The notes under the pieces: model-generated
Told to the model about the DNA's origin: nothing
Database searches by the model: none
Seen by the model: the letters and a program-made list of their open reading frames with translations, nothing else
Translations under genes and position numbers: made by a program
NCBI GenBank assembly: GCA_964641785.1
Contig: CAZXNF010000001.1
Location: forward strand, 8,007-35,884
Direction: 5' to 3'
DNA length: 27,878 nucleotides
Source: an uncultured Streptomycetaceae bacterium
GTDB lineage: Bacteria > Pseudomonadota > Gammaproteobacteria > Burkholderiales > SG8-41
Shown here: positions 17,641-25,905 of the stretch, piece by piece
How the letters are laid out: each line of letters opens with the position of its first letter
Numbering within the stretch: the stretch's first letter is position 1

Positions 17641-18618
17641 TCAGGCCGCCTTGATGGCGTCCGGATTCACCACGTTGGTCGGCTTGCCGTCCGCGTAGGC
17701 CAGGATCTGGTCGAAGATATCGGTGAACTGCAACTCGTATTCCTCGCGCGCCACGTAACCGATGTGCGGGGTGCATACCACGTTGTCCATGTTGAGCAGC
17801 GGATGCGTGGTGTCGAGCAGCGGCTCTTCCTCGAACACATCGATCGCCGCCATGCCGGGGCGGCCGGACTTGAGGGCCGCCACCAGCGCGCCCGGCTCGA
17901 TCAGCGGCGCACGGCTGGTGTTGACGATGAGCGCCGTCGGCTTCATGCGGGCGAGGTCGCTGGCCTTGACGATGCCGCGAGTAGCATCCACCAGTCGCAG
18001 GTGCAGCGAGATCACGTCGCACTCGGCAAAGAAGGCCTCCTTGCTCGCCGAGGGTGTGTAGCCGTCGGCCGCCGCCAGCGCGCGGGACGCTTCGCGCGCC
18101 CAGACTCTTACCTCCATCCCGAAAGCTCTGGCATAACCGGCGACGACTTTTGCGATGCGCCCGTAGCCGTACACGCCGAAGGTTTTGCCGCGCAGCCCAG
18201 TGCCCACGCCGCACTGCCAGCGCCCGGCCCGCAGCGAATTCATCTGCTGCGGGATCTGCCGCACGGCGGCCAGCGTCAGCGCCCAGGTCAGTTCCGCCGT
18301 CGAGTAGGACGGCTTGCCGGGGTGCTGACTGGAGGACAGGATGACGCCGCGACGCGTGCACACGTCCACGTCGATGTGCGGATAGACGCTGCGCTGGCTG
18401 ATCAGCTTCAGCTTCGGCAAGCGCTCGAGCAGAGCGCCGCGGATCGCCGTCCGCTCGCGGATCAGCACCAGGGCTTCGGTATCCTTGAGCCGCTCGGCCA
18501 GGCCATCGGTATCCTGGACATGGTCGTTCCAGATCGTGACTTGATGCCCGGCCAGCTTGGGAAAGCAAGCGAGCGTGCGGACGGTGTCGTGATAGTCGTC
18601 GAGGATGGTGATGTTCAT
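17641..18618 (-). CDS. D-2-hydroxyacid dehydrogenase family protein
   Basis: MNITILDDY start, [31 protein letters not shown]. The longer track ORF is an extension overlapping the cupin gene. Confidence 0.93.
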   Translation of the reverse strand: MNITILDDYHDTVRTLACFPKLAGHQVTIWNDHVQDTDGLAERLKDTEALVLIRERTAIRGALLERLPKLKLISQRSVYPHIDVDVCTRRGVILSSSQHPGKPSYSTAELTWALTLAAVRQIPQQMNSLRAGRWQCGVGTGLRGKTFGVYGYGRIAKVVAGYARAFGMEVRVWAREASRALAAADGYTPSASKEAFFAECDVISLHLRLVDATRGIVKASDLARMKPTALIVNTSRAPLIEPGALVAALKSGRPGMAAIDVFEEEPLLDTTHPLLNMDNVVCTPHIGYVAREEYELQFTDIFDQILAYADGKPTNVVNPDAIKAA

Positions 18619-18670
18619 GGTTTCAACAAGATTGGGCTCAGCGCACGGGGATCGCGCCGCCCATCGTGCC

Positions 18671-19228
18671 CTAGGGTGCCGGCGCAGCCGCCGCCGCAGA
18701 AGCGGCGCGCGCAAAGGTTTCGTACAACGTCCAGTCGAGCGGATGCTCGTCGAGCGTCTGCGGATTCCACATCCGCCGCGGCAAGTCGAATATGTCGCCG
18801 CCGTAAACGTGCAGTCCGATCGCGGGGACGCTGCCAAGACACTCCGCAACATGCACCGCGTCCGCCAGCATCGGCAGCACTGACCCGCGCGTGAGCGTTA
18901 CCTCGCCAGCCTTGCGCAGCGTGCCGTGCTCCCGCCGGTACAGCGTGTTCTTTTCCTCGCCGGACAGCAGCAGGATCGTCGCCCAGGTGCCGTGGTCGTG
19001 CGGCGGCGTGCGGCGGCCGGCGGGAAAGCACACCTTCAGCAGCGTCAGATTCGGCGAGCGGTAGAACACCTGCCGCGCATTCCCGCCGACACCTGACACG
19101 AACGCCAGCGCCTGTTCGACCGCGCCGGCATCACCGCGCAGTTCATCCACGACGGCGCGCACCGCTGGCATCGGGTTCGCGGCGTCAGCCGCCCGCGCGA
19201 ATCGCGCGACGAGTTCATGCACTTTCAT
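18671..19228 (-). CDS. Cupin, cysteine dioxygenase / thiol dioxygenase-like
   Basis: TPPHDHGTW (HxH), AVHVAE (third His), GLHVYGG. GGAG SD before the ATG at 19228. Confidence 0.75.
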   Translation of the reverse strand: MKVHELVARFARAADAANPMPAVRAVVDELRGDAGAVEQALAFVSGVGGNARQVFYRSPNLTLLKVCFPAGRRTPPHDHGTWATILLLSGEEKNTLYRREHGTLRKAGEVTLTRGSVLPMLADAVHVAECLGSVPAIGLHVYGGDIFDLPRRMWNPQTLDEHPLDWTLYETFARAASAAAAAPAP

Positions 19229-19393
19229 GGTGGTGTCCGCTCCGTTGCCAGACCCCATTTAACCACGCCACCCGCTGCGGCTCCGCAAGCTTGGGGGATG
19301 CTCATAAAGTAGGCCCGACCCCCTGTCCGCGCCAACCTTCGAATCCGCCACCCAGCTCGCCGGGCGCACAACCGGCACGCCCCGGTCCCGCCC

Positions 19394-19434
19394 TTGACGT
19401 GGATCAAACCGTGCGGCTGGGTTTCCCGTACGAT
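19394..19434 (+). promoter_or_regulatory. FNR/Anr-type box with a class II-spaced -10
   Basis: TTGAC-GTGG-ATCAA at 19394-19407 (9/10 match to TTGAT-N4-ATCAA) and TACGAT at 19429-19434, placing the box centre near -41. Confidence 0.7.
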
Positions 19435-19470
19435 ACGAACCATCATCCTTACCGTCAGGCGGAACCTCCC

Positions 19471-19866
19471 ATGACCATACTGACCAAAGCACAGGCCGCC
19501 GGCATCGGCGCGGCGCTGAATGCACGACAGCAGAAACTGCGCGAGGAAATCCGCGGGGCGCTGGTCGCCTCCGGCACCGACGAGCACCAGCAGCTGGCGG
19601 GTGCGGTGCACGACGCCGGCGACGAAGCCGTGGCCAATCTGCTGCACGACGTCACGCTGGAAAGCGTGCACCGCGACGTCCAGGAACTGCGCGCGGTGGA
19701 AGCCGCGCTCGACCGGCTCGCGCAGGGCCAACTCGGCACCTGCACGGACTGCGGCGGGCCGGTCGGCGCCAGGCGCCTGGAAGCGCTTCCCACGGCGACG
19801 CGCTGCATTGCCTGCGAGGAAAGACACGACAAGACCCACGCGCACGCCGCGGCGCCGAAACTCTGA
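19471..19866 (+). CDS. TraR/DksA family C4 zinc-finger protein
   Basis: CTDCG...RRLEALPTATRCIAC zinc finger and a DAGDEA (DxxDxA) coiled-coil tip. Start at MTILTKAQ. Confidence 0.92.
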   Translation: MTILTKAQAAGIGAALNARQQKLREEIRGALVASGTDEHQQLAGAVHDAGDEAVANLLHDVTLESVHRDVQELRAVEAALDRLAQGQLGTCTDCGGPVGARRLEALPTATRCIACEERHDKTHAHAAAPKL

Positions 19867-19876
19867 ACACACTGCG

Positions 19877-21187
19877 TTGAAGCTTACCTTCCACGGCGCC
19901 GCCGGCGAGGTCACCGGATCGTGTTACCGCGTCGAAACCGGCGGGGTGCAGTTCCTGCTGGACTGCGGCATGTTCCAAGGTGGCCGCCTCGCCGAGCGCA
20001 AGAACCGGCGCTTTGCGTTTGAGCCGCGCGAAATCGCGTTCGTGCTGCTGTCGCACGCGCACATCGACCACTCCGGCCTGCTGCCGCGCCTCGCGGCGCA
20101 GGGTTTCCGCGGGCCGGTCTATGCCACCCCGGCCACCTGCGACCTGCTCGGGGTGATGCTGCCGGACAGCGGGCACCTGCAGGAGGTAGAAGCCCGGCGC
20201 GACGGCAGCGTACCGCTCTACACCGAGGCCGAGGCCCGCGCGAGCCTGCAGTTGCTGAAGCCCGTGCCCTACGGTACGCCGCTGGTACCGCACACCGGCG
20301 TGCGCTGCACCTACCGCGATGCCGGCCATATCCTCGGCTCGGCGATCATCGAAGTCGTGGCCGGCGGGCGCACGCTCGTGTTCTCCGGCGACCTCGGCCA
20401 GCCGGACCGCCCGATTGTTGACGATCCCGCGCGCATCACCGCCGCCGACGTTCTTCTCGTCGAATCCACCTACGGCGACCGCTCCCACAAGACCCTCGTG
20501 CAGACGCTGGACGAGTTCGCCTACGCGCTGAATGACACGCTCGCCAGCCGCAAGGGCAACGTCATCATTCCCTCCTTCGCCGTCGGCCGCACGCAGGAGC
20601 TCCTGTACTACATCGCTGAGTTGCAGAAGGCCAAGCGCGTGCCGCGGATGGACGTCTACGTGGACTCGCCGATGGCGACGGCGGCCACCCGCATCACGCT
20701 CAAGTATTCGAAGCTGCCCGACATGGATCATGTGCGCTTCACCGAAAGCGTCGAGGAATCGATGCGCATCAACAAGATCCGCGCTGGCGCAGTGATCATC
20801 TCGGCCAGCGGCATGTGTGATGGCGGACGCATCCGCCATCACCTCCGCCACAACATCGGGCGCCCCGAGTGCGCGATCGTCTTCGTCGGTTTCCAGGCCT
20901 CCGGAACGCTCGGCCGCCGCATCGTGGACGGCGCCAAGTCGGTGCGCATGTTCGGCGAAATCCATCCCGTTCGCGCGAAGGTGTTCACGATCAACGGCCT
21001 CTCGGCGCACGCCGACCAGGCCGCCCTGCTCGGCTGGCTCGACGGCTTCCGCCAGCCGCCGGCGCAGACCTGGGTTGTGCACGGCGAGCCGCTGCCCGCC
21101 CATGCCCTTTGCGACCGCATCCGCGAAGGCGGGTGGAAGGCGGACGTTGCGCAGCCAGGACAGACCATCGATCTCAGCCGGCCATAG
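19877..21187 (+). CDS. MBL-fold beta-CASP ribonuclease (YSH1/COG1236-like), TTG start
   Basis: LKLTFHGAAGEVTGSC N-terminus, HAHIDH, GHILGS, FSGDLG, VESTYG, SAHAD, and VHGE (His at motif C, RNA-type). Confidence 0.93.
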   Translation: MKLTFHGAAGEVTGSCYRVETGGVQFLLDCGMFQGGRLAERKNRRFAFEPREIAFVLLSHAHIDHSGLLPRLAAQGFRGPVYATPATCDLLGVMLPDSGHLQEVEARRDGSVPLYTEAEARASLQLLKPVPYGTPLVPHTGVRCTYRDAGHILGSAIIEVVAGGRTLVFSGDLGQPDRPIVDDPARITAADVLLVESTYGDRSHKTLVQTLDEFAYALNDTLASRKGNVIIPSFAVGRTQELLYYIAELQKAKRVPRMDVYVDSPMATAATRITLKYSKLPDMDHVRFTESVEESMRINKIRAGAVIISASGMCDGGRIRHHLRHNIGRPECAIVFVGFQASGTLGRRIVDGAKSVRMFGEIHPVRAKVFTINGLSAHADQAALLGWLDGFRQPPAQTWVVHGEPLPAHALCDRIREGGWKADVAQPGQTIDLSRP

Positions 21188-21274
21188 CGCGTCGCACAGC
21201 GAGCCCCGCTGCACACTTTGCACCGGTCGTATCGACATCCGCGACCCCGGCACCTTCCCGCCGTCGGGGTAACG

Positions 21275-21290
21275 GAATCACCTATGATTC
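21275..21290 (+). promoter_or_regulatory. Palindrome GAATCA-N4-TGATTC overlapping a TATGAT -10
   Basis: Perfect 6-4-6 inverted repeat; TATGAT at 21283-21288, about 30 nt upstream of the ATG at 21318. Confidence 0.4.
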
Positions 21291-21317
21291 GTTCGCGACA
21301 CCCCAGTGCGAAGGGAA

Positions 21318-21893
21318 ATGATGAAACCATGGCTGATCTGCAGGGCCTGCAGTCTGCTGCCGGCGTCTCCGGTCGCCGTCGCGGCGGCGCCGCCCGTGGC
21401 CTGCGGGGATCGCTGCCTGGCGCTGCAGGGAAGGAAGGGCGCCGATTTCGGACTGGGGTTTGCGGTTGCTTATACGACGACTGCCACGACGCCGGGCTGC
21501 GTCACCGTCAACCGGCTCGCCGGCGTGACCACCCAGCAGACGCGCACCGTCTTCCTGCTGCCCGTGCGCAAGGGTGAGACCTATCGCATCGACCTCCCGC
21601 TCGACACGCACGTGGGCGGCGCGTGCGGGTGGAAACCGGCGGGCGTATTTATCGACGTGGTGAGCGTGGCGCCTCGGCGCGAACCGCCGAAGCCGGGGTA
21701 CACGCTGTTCCTGTTTGGCGACGCGCCGGGAACGCTCCAGCGGCTCGACCTTCTGTGCCGGCGCACCGCGTACCGGCGAGCCTCCGGCGCCGAGCAGGCG
21801 GCCTATCAGTGCCAGACGGAAGGACAGACCGCGATTCCCCCGCTGGGCCCGGGCAGTCACACCGTGGAGCTGAATCTGAAGGCGCGACCGTGA
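21318..21893 (+). CDS. Hypothetical, probably exported, cysteine-containing protein
   Basis: GAAGGGAA SD. Signal-like N-terminus ending VAVAAA and six Cys in the mature part. It fills the gap between two + strand genes. No family recognised; start 21318 or 21321. Confidence 0.65.
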   Translation: MMKPWLICRACSLLPASPVAVAAAPPVACGDRCLALQGRKGADFGLGFAVAYTTTATTPGCVTVNRLAGVTTQQTRTVFLLPVRKGETYRIDLPLDTHVGGACGWKPAGVFIDVVSVAPRREPPKPGYTLFLFGDAPGTLQRLDLLCRRTAYRRASGAEQAAYQCQTEGQTAIPPLGPGSHTVELNLKARP

Positions 21894-21947
21894 CCATCAT
21901 CCTCTAGAATCGCCTCACAACACATCGTCGACAGTCTGGAGGAAGTC

Positions 21948-22922
21948 ATGAACATCACCGCTGTACTCGCGGCGGCTACGATCGCGCTTGCAGCGGCAGC
22001 GCAGGATGCTGCCGCCCAGAACTATCCCGACAAGCCGATCCGCCTGATCATTCCCTACGCGCCGGGCGGCACCACCGACATTCTCGGCCGCGCGATCGCG
22101 CAGAAGCTTACGGAAGCCTTCGGGCAGACCGTGGTGCCGGACAATCGGGCCGGCGCGGGGGGCAATCTCGGCTCGGAGATCGCGGCGAAATCGCCGGGCG
22201 ACGGCTACACGCTGCTGCTGGCGCCCGTGAGCCCGATGGCGATCAACGTCAGCCTCTACGGCGACAAGATGAAGTTCAACCCGGAGAAGGACTTCACCCC
22301 GCTCACGCTGATCGCCAAGGTGCCGCTGCTGCTGGCGGTCCATCCCAGCGTGCCGGCGCGGAACATCAAGCAGTTCATCGCCATCGCCAAGGCGCAGCCC
22401 GGAAAACTGACCTACGGCTCCTCCGGCAACGGCAGCTCCAACCACCTCACCGGCGAGATGTTCAAGTCCGCGGCCGGCATCGACATGCTGCATATTCCCT
22501 ACAAGGGCGGGGCGCCGGCGGCGGTAGCGCTGATGTCGGGAGACATCGACATGGCCGTACTCCAGGTGCCGTCCGCTGGTGTGCTGGTGAAAGCGGGCCG
22601 CCTGCGCGCGCTCGGCGTATCGAGCCCCAAGCGTTCGGTAGCGCTGCCCGAAGTACCGACCATCGCCGAATCCGGACTGCCGGGATTCGAAGCCACATCC
22701 TGGTACTGCATCGTCGCGCCGGCGGGCCTGCCGAAACCGGTCGTCACCAAGCTGCACGCCGCGCTGGTCAAGCTCCTGAATAGCCCCGAGATCCGCGACC
22801 GCCTGGTCGCCGAGGGCGCGGAAGTCGAAACCACCACGCCGGAAGAGTTGATGGTGTTCGTGCGCAGCGAGATCGTGCGCTGGTCGAAAGCTGTCAAGGC
22901 CTCCGGGGCGAAACTCGACTGA
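21948..22922 (+). CDS. Bug/TctC family substrate-binding protein
   Basis: YPDKPIRLIIPYAPGGTTD, GDGYTL, GSSGNGSSNHL, HIPYKG. GGAGG SD. Confidence 0.95.
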   Translation: MNITAVLAAATIALAAAAQDAAAQNYPDKPIRLIIPYAPGGTTDILGRAIAQKLTEAFGQTVVPDNRAGAGGNLGSEIAAKSPGDGYTLLLAPVSPMAINVSLYGDKMKFNPEKDFTPLTLIAKVPLLLAVHPSVPARNIKQFIAIAKAQPGKLTYGSSGNGSSNHLTGEMFKSAAGIDMLHIPYKGGAPAAVALMSGDIDMAVLQVPSAGVLVKAGRLRALGVSSPKRSVALPEVPTIAESGLPGFEATSWYCIVAPAGLPKPVVTKLHAALVKLLNSPEIRDRLVAEGAEVETTTPEELMVFVRSEIVRWSKAVKASGAKLD

Positions 22923-23020
22923 TCCGTGCAGGCATTGATCGTGCTTTCCGTGTGACGGACCGGCCCGGGCTCGCTGCCCCGTCGCCGGACCTCGAAGAAC
23001 CCACGCAAGGATCTGCCGCT

Positions 23021-23986
23021 ATGTCGTTTCGTCCCACACTGCTCGTTCTGCTCTGCGTGTTCAGCGCGCTCGCCACCCACGCGCACGCGCAAACCTACCC
23101 CGCCCGCGCCGTACGCGTCGTCGTGCCCTTCCCACCCGGCGGTACCGATTTCATCGGCCGCGTGGTCTCGCAGAAACTGAGCGAGGCGTGGGGCCAGCCC
23201 GTCGTGGTGGAGAACCGCCCCGGCGGCACCACCGTCATCGGCACTGAAATCGTGGCCAAGGCGCCGCCCGACGGTTACACGCTGCTCGTCACACCCGTGC
23301 CCTTCGCCATCGTGCCGAACATCTCGACCAAGCTGCCCTACGACCCGATCAAGGATTTCGAACCGATCGCACTTTTCAACATCACGCCGCTCGTGTTCGT
23401 GGTGAACCCCACGGTGCCAGCCAAAACGATCAAGGATCTCATCGCCATCGCCAAAGCCAGGCCCGGCCTGCTCAATTTCGCCACTTCCGGCATCGGCAGC
23501 TCCAACCACCTCGCTGGCGAGTTGTTCAATGTCATGGCGGGCGTGAAGATCGAGCACGTGCCCTACAAGGGCAGCGCGCCCGCGATGATCGACCTTGTTG
23601 GCGGCCACGTCGATCTTGCCGTCACCACACTCACCTCCGCGGTGCCGCTGATCAAGGCCGGCAAACTGCGCCCGCTCGCCGTCACCAGCCTACAACGCTC
23701 CCCGGACTATCCGGACATCCCGACGATGAACGAGTCCGGCCTCAAGGGCTTTCAGGCGGTGGCCTGGAACGGGCTCAGCGCGCCGGCACGCACGCCGAAA
23801 GACATCGTCAACAAGATCAACGCGGACGTTGCCACGGCGCTACGCTCGCCCGACGTGATCGAAAAATTCAAGAACGAAGGCGCGCAGCCGCTCAGCATGA
23901 CGCCGCCCGAGTTCAGCGCCTTCATCCGGGACGAGTTGGTCAAGTGGGGTAAAGTCGTGGCCTTCGCCAAGATCAAGTCGCTGTAA
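23021..23986 (+). CDS. Bug/TctC family substrate-binding protein
   Basis: YPARAVRVVVPFPPGGTD, PDGYTL, TSGIGSSNHL, HVPYKG. AAGGA SD before the ATG at 23021. Confidence 0.95.
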   Translation: MSFRPTLLVLLCVFSALATHAHAQTYPARAVRVVVPFPPGGTDFIGRVVSQKLSEAWGQPVVVENRPGGTTVIGTEIVAKAPPDGYTLLVTPVPFAIVPNISTKLPYDPIKDFEPIALFNITPLVFVVNPTVPAKTIKDLIAIAKARPGLLNFATSGIGSSNHLAGELFNVMAGVKIEHVPYKGSAPAMIDLVGGHVDLAVTTLTSAVPLIKAGKLRPLAVTSLQRSPDYPDIPTMNESGLKGFQAVAWNGLSAPARTPKDIVNKINADVATALRSPDVIEKFKNEGAQPLSMTPPEFSAFIRDELVKWGKVVAFAKIKSL

Positions 23987-24014
23987 TCCCCCGCCTCCAT
24001 TTACGGTTCCAGTC

Positions 24015-25148
24015 ATGACCAAGCAGAGAAGTGATGCCATGGGCGATCTCGCCGCGCTCGAGCGCGCGATCGCCGCCAGCCCTTACGACGCGCTCGTCGC
24101 CGTCTCCCCGGAAAACGTGCGTTACGTCGGCGACGTGCACATCGACACCCAGCGCCGCATCCGCGACCGCCTCGCCTTCATCATCTGGCCGAAGCACGGG
24201 CAACCGGTCTTTCTGGTGTGCGAGATGGAGGCGTCCTACGTCCGCGCCAACAGCTGGATCACGGAGGTCCGCACCTACCAGGAGTTCGTCGAGGATCCGA
24301 TGGCCGTGCTGGCCGGCATCCTGCGCGAACTCAAGGCGGATGCCGGACAGGTCGCGGTCGAGACCGCCTACCTCGCCGCCCGCTATTGCGATGAACTCAA
24401 GCGGCAGTGCCCGCAACTCGCCATCAGCCCGGCCGAGCCGCTACTGGCGAAAGTACGCATGTTCAAGACGCCGCGCGAGAAAGCGCAGATCATCTTTGCC
24501 TTCCAGGCCACCGAGAAGGCGTTCCTGCATGCCTTCTCCACCGCCAAGGTCGGCGAGCCGGAACGCGACATGGCCATACGGCTGGCCGAGGCCATCCTGG
24601 CCGAAGGCGCGGACCTGATCAACGCCAACCACTGCAACGCCGGTACTAACACCAGCTTCCCGCACATGGCGCCCTCGGACTACCGCCTGCAGAAGGGCGA
24701 CATCCTGAAGGGAGATTCGGGCGGCTTGTTCAAGCAGTATCTGTCGAACGTTGGCCGCACGGCCAAGCTCGGCAAACCGACGGACGAGGACCTGTCGATC
24801 TGGGGCAAGCTGCGCGAAGTGCATCACAAGGTGATCGATCAGTGCCGGGTGGGCAAGACTGGCCGCGAACTGTTCGAACTGGCCAAAACCACGCAGATCG
24901 GGCTCGGCCTGCCCTTCACCTACTCACACAACGGCCACTCCATCGGTCTGAACGGCCACGAACACCCGATCATCAACCCTCACGAGGAAATCCCGTACGA
25001 GGTGGGCATGCTCACGACGGTGGAAACCCGCGTGCGTTTCGCGGGCAAGGTCGGCTACCACATGGAAGACATCATCGAGATCACCGACGGCCCCCCGATC
25101 TGGCACGCCAAGTACTTCCCGAACGAGGAACTGCTGGTCGTCGACTGA
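24015..25148 (+). CDS. M24 family (Xaa-Pro aminopeptidase / creatinase fold) hydrolase
   Basis: Creatinase_N-like start (SPENVRYV), RMFKTPRE, FPH, GDILKGDSG...SNVGRT, GHSIGLNGHE, TVE, MED. Start may be 24039. Confidence 0.9.
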   Translation: MTKQRSDAMGDLAALERAIAASPYDALVAVSPENVRYVGDVHIDTQRRIRDRLAFIIWPKHGQPVFLVCEMEASYVRANSWITEVRTYQEFVEDPMAVLAGILRELKADAGQVAVETAYLAARYCDELKRQCPQLAISPAEPLLAKVRMFKTPREKAQIIFAFQATEKAFLHAFSTAKVGEPERDMAIRLAEAILAEGADLINANHCNAGTNTSFPHMAPSDYRLQKGDILKGDSGGLFKQYLSNVGRTAKLGKPTDEDLSIWGKLREVHHKVIDQCRVGKTGRELFELAKTTQIGLGLPFTYSHNGHSIGLNGHEHPIINPHEEIPYEVGMLTTVETRVRFAGKVGYHMEDIIEITDGPPIWHAKYFPNEELLVVD

Positions 25149-25171
25149 GCGTCGGCGCCAGCGGGCGCGCC

Positions 25172-25399
25172 TCAGGGGGCGGGCTTGGGCATGCCCCACT
25201 TCATGCGCATGCTGGCGTTCTGGCAAGTGCTGTTGAGATCGTCCCGCAAGGCTTCGTCGGTCAGCACCGCCGGCGCATCGAGGAATCCCTCCTTCACGAG
25301 TTTTTTCTCGATCTCCTGCCAGCCGAAATGCTGGCCTGACTCCGCCATCTGCCGGGCGATCTTGGTGATATCGGCACTGCGATCTGAATCGGGTTCCAT
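25172..25399 (-). CDS. Small hypothetical protein (75 aa)
   Basis: GGAGGT SD 5 nt upstream. Helical-looking sequence (ARQMAESGQHFGWQEIEKKLVKEGF...LRDDLNSTC) with typical GC3-rich codons. Confidence 0.75.
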   Translation of the reverse strand: MEPDSDRSADITKIARQMAESGQHFGWQEIEKKLVKEGFLDAPAVLTDEALRDDLNSTCQNASMRMKWGMPKPAP

Positions 25400-25435
25400 A
25401 GGGCACCTCCACCGGCACGGTAAATCCAGAGAACG

Positions 25436-25663
25436 CTGCAGCTTAGGGCGATATCGTAGCGCCAGCGAAGGTCAAAACGCACGCTCTTCTTCAGCAGCGT
25501 GCGCCGTGTCGCCCCTGTAGGAGAAAGTCAGCCTCACGCTGACAGGTACGCCTGCCGGACAGTGAGACGATGCGGGTGTCGGTTGCGCTTCTCCCTGGGC
25601 GCGCAGATCCGACACTGGCCCGCCGGCTCAAGTCCCCTGTCTTCGCCGGCGGGCTTTTCTTTT
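25436..25663 (+). ncRNA. Candidate structured small RNA; 5' boundary uncertain
   Basis: Four to five hand-paired stems with G-U pairs that work only on +, a gUACGc tetraloop, CU-rich loops, and a 10-bp terminator with a U-tract. No convincing CDS here. Confidence 0.55.
25618..25663 (+). terminator. Rho-independent terminator
   Basis: GCCCGCCGGC / GCCGGCGGGC 10-bp stem followed by TTTTCTTTT. Confidence 0.85.
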
Positions 25664-25851
25664 GCCCCCCTCGCTACGCGCGATCCTGTCGATACCGGCC
25701 GACCTCCTGGCGAAAAATACCGGCAGTAGTAATCCCCATTTCCGTCGCTCCCCTATCCGCGCTGGACGCGCTGAGAGGCAACGACTGGCGGATCCAGATC
25801 GACGACGCGATGAACCGGATCTCGCAGCCGGGCGGCCGGATCTACGTACGT

Positions 25852-25879
25852 AAAAAAGCCCGGTCCGAAAACACCGGGC
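25852..25879 (-). terminator. Rho-independent terminator of the 25906-26232 gene
   Basis: Minus strand GCCCGGT-GTTTTCGG-ACCGGGC followed by TTTTTT, 26 nt after the stop. Confidence 0.85.
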
Positions 25880-25905
25880 CGGGCCTTCCGTCGCGCCGCT
25901 ACCGG

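Noticed and set aside
19338-19346. TTCGAATCC, a tRNA T-loop-like motif
   Set aside because: The flanks do not form a T-stem, and there is no acceptor, D or anticodon arm.
25519-25548. GGAGA...CAGGUA resemblance to a glycine riboswitch; tmRNA, RNase P, 6S, SRP and hammerhead were also considered for this region
   Set aside because: The CCGAAG and CUCUCAGG core is missing. There is no tag frame, GAGGAAAGUCC, long central-bubble rod, SRP loop or CUGAUGA/GAAA core.
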